64,000 bases of DNA, from assembly GCA_951406725.2 (NCBI GenBank), contig OX597828.1:70742001-70806000 (forward strand). Reading direction: 5' to 3'. Below the pieces are notes generated by a model. It saw only the letters and a program-made list of their open reading frames with translations, did not search any database and was not told the origin of the DNA. Both the position numbers and the translations under genes were made by a program. Of the stretch, positions 56,782-64,000 are shown one piece after another (position 1 is the first letter of the stretch; each line of letters begins with the position of its first letter). Source of the stretch: Octopus vulgaris (Eukaryota).

Positions 56782-57091
56782 TGCTGGTGTTGTTCATTAT
56801 TTTTGTTTTTCCTTGTTTTTATTTAATCTTCCCAATTCTTTGGGGCCCTCAGCTCTAAAGTCTATCAGCTGAAAATAAGTACCAACGACAGCTGGAGATT
56901 GACCTTGCGATGGAGTAGCACTTGTTCATGGGAAGTGAGATCTTGTACTGTCAATTGCTTAAAGACCACAGAACCGTCGGTTGAGCCCTTGCCTAAAAGG
57001 CCTCAAGGATGAAGATCTTTAACTTCGACCTTAACTTAATTCTTATTCAGCTGTGCTGTAGGCCTATGGGTTTCTAACCTGCACGCATACA

Positions 57092-57164
<73 letters not shown>

Positions 57165-57660
57165 GCGCATAGCCTTGTTGGTATCGTTTCTCGGCTCCTG
57201 ATATTCTGTCAGTTGTGATAAACCTCGTTTAATATCGTCAGAATTAAAACTGACACTGACAAATAGAACTGTGATGTCAGATCCCTTTCATTTCAGGGTA
57301 GAATGGTTTAAATAACCCGGGGTGTTTAGGGTGGCTGGCGAAATGGAGGGTGAAGCGTTGTTTAAGTAAACATAATGTTGACAGGTTTGGCAGATGGCAA
57401 GGAAGGACTGGTTTATGTGCAGCAACAACAGCAATAACAGCGAAAACAAAAACCGCCATTGCAACTCATGCAATCTCCCCAGTAATTACAACAACAACAA
57501 CAACAACAACACCAACAACAACAACAGTTACAACTGTACAGCTCCATTTGTTGGAGAAACATCGATTGCAGCTTCGACAGAAACTGTAAAATCAAGAATT
57601 GCAACAAGTCTAGCGACAGCCGTGACTTCAGTAATAGCAGCACTTACAGCATCGACAGCA

Positions 57661-58022
57661 GTGGAGGCGCAATGGCCCAGTGGTTAGGACAGCGGACTCG
57701 CGGTCGGAGGATCGCGGTTTCGATTCCCAGACCGGGCGTTGTGTGTGTTTATTGGGCGAAAACACCTGAAGCTCCACGAGGCTCCGGCAGGGGGTGGTCG
57801 CGACCCCTGTTGTACTCTTTCGCTCCAACTTTCTCTCACTCTTTCTTCCTGTTTTTTATCCATGACTTGCTATGCAACCGCTGAGCCTGGATGCACATTC
57901 ATTCATCCGTCGATGCTCTCGGTGTCGGGGGTTGACCTGCTCTCTCTTCTGCAGACCACGTTTCGGACTTCTCCCACTCTGGGACGAAGACCGCTTCGCT
58001 CAACAAACAAACAAACAAACAA
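57661..58022 (+). mobile_element. Full-length tRNA-derived SINE with (AAAC)n tail (right member of an inverted pair)
   Basis: A box TGGCCCAGTGG, B box GGTTTCGATTCC, CpG-rich body, tail caacaaacaaacaaac. Confidence 0.88.
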
Positions 58023-58095
58023 GCATCTACAGCAGTAAGTGTAAGAACAACAATGAGAACAACAACAACAACAAAAACTGCAATGAACTAAACCG

Positions 58096-58885
58096 GCTCT
58101 CCGTCGGTTACGACGACGAGCGTTCCATTTGATTCGATCAATCGAACAGCCTGCTCGTGGAATAAATGTTCGCATGGCTGAATACTCCACAGACACGCGT
58201 ACCCTTAACGTAGCTCTCAGAGATATTCAGGCACCGGCACTCCGTCGCTTACGTCTATGAGGGTTCCAGGTGATCCGATCAACGGACCAGCCTGCTTGTG
58301 AAATTAACGTGCAAGTGGTTGAGTACTCCGCAGACACTGGGAGATTCAGCGTGACACAGAATGTCACAAGGCTGGCCCTTTTTAAATACAAGTACTACTC
58401 ATCTGGTATTTTTTGGTGATTTGTTATTTTTTTGGTTTTTTGGGGGGTTTTTTTGCTAGCAGATTGGACTGGAGCAACGTGAAATAAAGTGTCTTTGTTG
58501 AAGGGCACACCATACCGCCGAGAATCGAACTCACGACCTTACGATGGTCACCTAACCACTAAGCCACTCGTTAGGAATAATGAAATAGTACTCCGTCGGT
58601 TACGACGATCAGTTTCCCAGTGGATCCGATTAACGGAACAACCTGCTCGTGAAATTAACGTGTAGGTGGTTGAGTACTCCAGAGGTACGGCCACCTTTAA
58701 CGCTGTTCTCTGGGAGATTCAATGTGACACACTGTAACATGGTTGACCCTAAGGAATTACAGGTACAATTCATTTTTGCCAGTTGAGTGGAATAAACGTG
58801 AAGTGAAGTGTCTTGCTCAAGGACACAAGGAGTCGCCGGTATTCGAACTCATGACCTAACGATTGTGAGCCGAATACACACCTTC
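58096..58885 (-). mobile_element. Three head-to-tail copies of a CORE-type SINE
   Basis: ctccgtcggttacgacga...gatccgatcaacggaacagcctgctcgtgaaattaacgtg at about 58098, 58239 and 58591. Copies 2 and 3 carry the CORE (aaagtgtcttgctcaaggacac) and B box (tcgaactc). Another fragment lies at 39313-39383. Confidence 0.85.
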
Positions 58886-59523
58886 GCACACTAGCAATAA
58901 TAACAGCAACAACAACTACTAAACCTACCACAACAACAACAATCACAACAACAATGGCATTAGCAACAACAACAAAAACAACGACAATTATTAATCTTGG
59001 AACGCACACACATGCTCTATTTCTTATCTTTTGGAATTCCTGACGCATAAAAAAAAAGTCAGGGTGGGCGGAGAGGGAAGTGGAGGGGTTTTGGTGGTGG
59101 TGGTGGCGGCGGCGGATGGCAGTGGTGGTGACGACGACGGTGCCAGGCGGCGGTGGTGGCGGCGACAATGGTGGCGGTGGCGACGGCGGTGGTAGTGGGG
59201 GTCGTGGTAGTGGTGGTGGTGATGATGCTGCTGCTGCTGCTGGTGTAAAAGATAAGTCGTAGTGGTCGGGATTTTGCCCTGTTGACAAATGGCTATACAC
59301 TTACACACAAACACACACATATATACATATATTTATATACACATATGCATGCACATACATGTGTGTATATATACCTATATACTGAGCATATAGGTATACA
59401 TATACAAACACACACATATATATGTGTGTATATGCATATGTGCGTATCTGTATACGTATGTATTTATATGTGTGTGTGTGTGCGTGTGCGTATGCATGTA
59501 TATATATATGTATATATGTGTGT

Positions 59524-59565
<42 letters not shown>

Positions 59566-60510
59566 GTACGTATGTATGTACGTATGTATGTATGTATGTA
59601 TGTATACGCTCACCTAATTTCTAATTAGTCGTAATGAATAAATGCCTCTATTAGACGAATTACAGTGTCTCTTGTGAAATCCATCTGTGTCTCGTTACCA
59701 CAACACACACACACGCCTCTGTGTGTGTATGTGTGTGTGTGTATCATTGCCTTTAATCCATAGCCTTTAGTGCCACAAATTACAATCTCTCGTTTATGAA
59801 CCAAACGTTTCTCTCACTGTTATTAATCCTTCGTATATCCACTTCTGCGCGTTATAATGTCTCTGTCTCACACTTTAAACTCCTCGCTTTATAACTGACC
59901 AACCCATTCTCGCAAACTTTCCAATACCGTCAACTAAATATTTGTTAAAAAGTTACCTTAAATTTTCTTTCTATCTTCAATTAAATTGTTCCTTCTTCAT
60001 CACAGATGGTTACTCAGTTTCATTGGTTAACGATGCTCGCCATCGAGACTACGAGAGGCAGATCATCTGCACACAAACCCTTAAACGGAGTCCCCTTTTC
60101 TAACAGCTTACGGTGGGTTTCCTTGACCCTTCTACACAATATCCTACACACCTTTTACTTTCTCTCCTCTCACCCTCAAAGCTTTCCTGTATTTCGTAAT
60201 GCAACTCTCTTTCAACAGAGACAAAAACATCCGTAACATCAATATGAGAAGCTACGTTATTCCTGCAATACATACTTCGGCAGCATTAAAAGCTCCCGTT
60301 CTTACCTAAGCGACACTTCATCGCAACACTTGACCCAACATCACGTTCATAACTGACCTTAAGGTCACCAACTCCACACCACCGTCAACCATTTTGATTC
60401 CATCTCCACAAAGTTCTGTCAAAGAGAAGCAGACCAAAAAAACGCCAGCAGATTTTTAAAACGTTGAGAGGGGAGCAGAGGGCGCAATAACATCATAACT
60501 AGGATCAAAG

Positions 60511-60767
60511 GTACTGTTTTATATTTTAAAGATGAGGAATTCTGTACATTATTTACATTGGACGGATATGTGTCGTCATCTTGTTTGTTGTTACGACAAC
60601 GTTTCGGCTTATTTACAGCCTTCACCAGGTGTCCTGGTAGAGTTGGATTCAAAATTCTACCAGGATACCTGATGAAGGATGGAGAGTAAATCAGCCGAAA
60701 CGTTGTGGTAACAACAAACAAAATGAGGATAAATATCCATCCAATGTAAATAACGTAAATAATGTAC
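60511..60767. mobile_element. Palindromic family B element with a hammerhead motif on each strand
   Basis: Arms 60543-60643 and 60654-60767 are imperfect reverse complements. Plus-strand CTGATGA 60669-60675 / GAAAC-GTT 60697-60704; minus-strand CTGGTGA-A-ggct..agcc-GAAAC-GTT 60595-60633. Confidence 0.78.
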
Positions 60768-61607
60768 GATCAAAAGTATTTCAGATGACATCAAAGCATG
60801 TCCGCCCTGTTTTTTGTTGTTTTTTTTTGTTTTTCGTTTTTGTTTTTTTTTTTTGGGGGGGAGGGGGGGATTATGTTGTCTGTCTATCTAAAGATACATT
60901 ATATAATGTATCCTTACGAATTTTAAAGACATTAGTGAGTTTGAGACGAGGGAGATCCGAACGGGCCGCGAAGAAAGCTCCGTCGTTAACTTGATGTAAA
61001 CGGGTTTTTAACGCCACGTCTTACCAGGAGGTTGTTGCTGTCGTTGTTGTAAGCGGGTGGTGTGTTTCTGGAAGGAAACATACCACCCACCTGGGTTGAC
61101 TGTGTGGCTGAACAGAGGGGAAAGGGTTTCGGTTCATTTCAACAATAAACAACTTATTAATAGCAACCATATTATACACACAGACACACACAGACACACA
61201 CATATGTATTCATGTATGTGTATCTATGTATGTGTGTGTGTGCATGTGTGTTTGTATATATATGTGTGTATTTATGGATATGTGTAAGTATGTCTGTGCA
61301 TGCGTGCATGAATGCATGTCTGTATCTAATCGTATATGTATGCGAGTATGAAGAGTTTTCTCGTATGTGTGTTAATGTATGTATATATGCAAATGTATGT
61401 TTTACTTCCGAAAATCACTGTATTAGTCACAACACACGATCTCCGTTGGAAGATGAGATTACATAACAACAACAAAAGCAGCGACGACGGCGACAGTAAT
61501 GGGAGCAATATTAACGGTTACGGTGGAGATACCACACAATAATAATAATAGAATCTAACTACAACAACAACAACAACAAGTATAGCAATTGCGGGAGAAT
61601 GACGAAA

Positions 61608-61780
61608 GGCATGGGTTTGTGTGCTTAAGTAGCTCACTTCCCACCCGCACCCCCATGTGGTTTGGGGTTCAGTCCCACTCAGCGGCAATCTGGCGAGTGT
61701 CATCTACTGTAATACTGGCCTGATCAACATTTTCTGATTAAATTTGGTAAACGCAGACTCTATTAAAGCCCATCGTATAT
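61608..61780 (+). mobile_element. Decayed CORE-type SINE 5' half
   Basis: aagtagctcacttccca..ccatgtggtttggggttcagtcccact...agtgtcatctactgta...atttggtaaacg...aagcccatcgtatat. Confidence 0.7.
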
Positions 61781-61895
61781 ATATGGGAGGGATGTATGTT
61801 TGTGTGTGTATATATATATATGGTACGTATATATGCATATATGAGTGTGTGTGTGTGTCTGTGTGTTGTTGTTGTTGTTGTTGTTGTAGTTGTTG

Positions 61896-61932
<37 letters not shown>

Positions 61933-62728
61933 AATATGTGAGCATTGTAATAGTTATTGTTTGTACTATAGGCATAAGGCCTGCAGTTTTGAGAGAAGAG
62001 GGTTCGTCAAGTAATAATAATAATAATAATAATAATAATAGTTCCTAGCATAGGCACAAGGCCACACATTCGAAGATGAGGAGGAGGAGGTGGGGGAAGA
62101 GGAGCGGTTAGCCAATTAAATCGACCTCAGTACTTGACTGTTAACTGACACTCTTGAAGGAAATAGTTAAAAGATTGGCGAACTGCACCGCCTCGCCGAC
62201 ACCACCCACCACCACCACCACCACCACTACTCCTACCACCACCCCCGCCGTCGCTGCCAATGACATCTGTTAACAACTAGGCGCTTTGGCACCTGGTTAG
62301 AGCATTAAACTTAATAGGGGTGGATTGTCTGATGGACCCACCCTTTTCAACCTGGAACTTAGTCTTGAAAAGTATGTGGGGCTGAGTTTTCAAGATACAT
62401 CAAATATGGTTTTGTAAGAGAGAAAAAGAAATATGAAAATTTCTTTCATTATAGAAAGAGGTGCTGATATGGCCGGAACGTTAAGAAGTTCGTTTCGCAA
62501 CTTCGTAGATTCCGGTTTTATCCAAATGTGCGGCAACTTGAGCAGACGTCTTCTACTATTTCGGAATGTCCGCTACTATCACATCCGACTGATAAACACC
62601 TTGCGACTAAATTTGTTAGACGGAAACTGAGCAAATGCCAGTCGTGTGTGTGTGTTTGTGTCGCCATCCTCACTGCTGAAATCTACAAGTTTTTTTTTTT
62701 TCATTCTCTCCGTTTATTTTCTCTTATT

Positions 62729-62766
62729 CCTTTCTGTTGAAGAGCGTAGGCTCGAAACATAAATGA
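62729..62766 (+). ncRNA. Family C hammerhead motif (partly decayed)
   Basis: ccttt-CTGTTGA-A-gagc(gtag)gctc-GAAAC-ATA-aatga; downstream gagcgtcaaactaatacac...gtcttcgtcttttgttt matches the reverse complement of 20605-20670. Confidence 0.55.
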
Positions 62767-62852
62767 CTTTTCCATTTTCCCGAGCGTCAAACTAATACAC
62801 TTGCTTCTTGTTCATACCCTTGTCTTCGTCTTTTGTTTTTCTATAAATTTCA

Positions 62853-62961
<109 letters not shown>

Positions 62962-63314
62962 CCGTGTGTGTGTGCCCGTGTGTGTGTGTATGTATTGTTT
63001 AGTTCTTTTTCTTTTTCGTTTTCCGGTTTTTCAATCTTTCACATCTTTTGCATCTACTTCTTTCTCGCCTTTTCTCGCTTTTCTTCTCATCATTTCATCC
63101 CATTTTTAGTTCATTATGCCATGTGGACAGTGCCTGACAAATGTTCCTCCTACATCAGACGTGTTGAAAACACTATTTGGCATGCACTCAGCGTATGAAA
63201 CTAATAGTAATACATAAATACATAAATATATATATATTGTGTTTATTAAACAATGTTTTCTCTCATCAAGTGGAGTACTTTTTTGTTGATCTTACCATCG
63301 CGGAACAGTACACT

Positions 63315-63471
<157 letters not shown>

Positions 63472-64000
63472 CTTAGCCAAAAGTCACTCGACAGTAAATC
63501 AAAATTCCATAAATACTCTCTGTATTTCTGTATTGACTCGAATGGGAAAATGTGTCGCTCACGAAGGACTTCGCTTTGAACAATTTTCACGATGCTTCAA
63601 TACTCTTATTAAATTCATTCAGTTGTAAAACATAAATCAATCTTGGAATTAAATGGTTTTGATATACTGTCAGGTGACCCTAACCCTAATTTTGGCCAAC
63701 CATTTATATATAGTCACTATGAGGATATTTAGACCTCTTATAGAGATATTTTTATCCAAGATACACTGGTTTAATATTTTGTATTTTGAAGAGATATTTC
63801 TGCAATGGATATATCATAAAGTATCATAAAATATCAAATATCGTTATAAAGTTAGAAAATGGAGAGATTCAATGGATATAAATTAGTTTATTAAGTAATT
63901 ACCATCATTGCCTACTAGGGTTTCGTTTCACATCCAATTTAAATTACAAAACATATATAAATATATAAGTTTGCTTTTCAAAATACCTTGGGTGGAAAAT

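Overview
AT-rich eukaryotic DNA saturated with microsatellites. The repeat repertoire (tRNA-derived CORE- and Meta-domain SINEs, dense (TA)n/(CA)n/(GATA)n/(AAT)n arrays) is most consistent with an Octopus/coleoid cephalopod intronic or intergenic region; this is an inference from repeat type, not a database match. I can support no intact host protein-coding gene, and almost all ORF-track entries are translated microsatellites. Recognisable coding remnants are all transposon fossils: several R4/Dong-clade LINE pieces, an RTE LINE 3' piece and two IS630-Tc1-mariner transposase relics. Non-autonomous elements include a Helitron with intact ends nested in a LINE, a hAT MITE with an 8-bp TSD, a probable piggyBac-type MITE and many SINEs of at least five families. 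The most unusual signal is a set of about ten type I hammerhead-ribozyme (HHR) motifs in at least three repeat families, several inside inverted-repeat structures typical of Penelope-like elements (PLEs). One sits at the 3' end of an element with a Pol III tRNA-like head (candidate PLE-mobilised 'ribozyme SINE'), and one is a palindrome with an HHR motif on each strand. A pre-miRNA-like hairpin and several enhancer/promoter-like unique islands are flagged at low confidence. All alignments and folds were done by eye.
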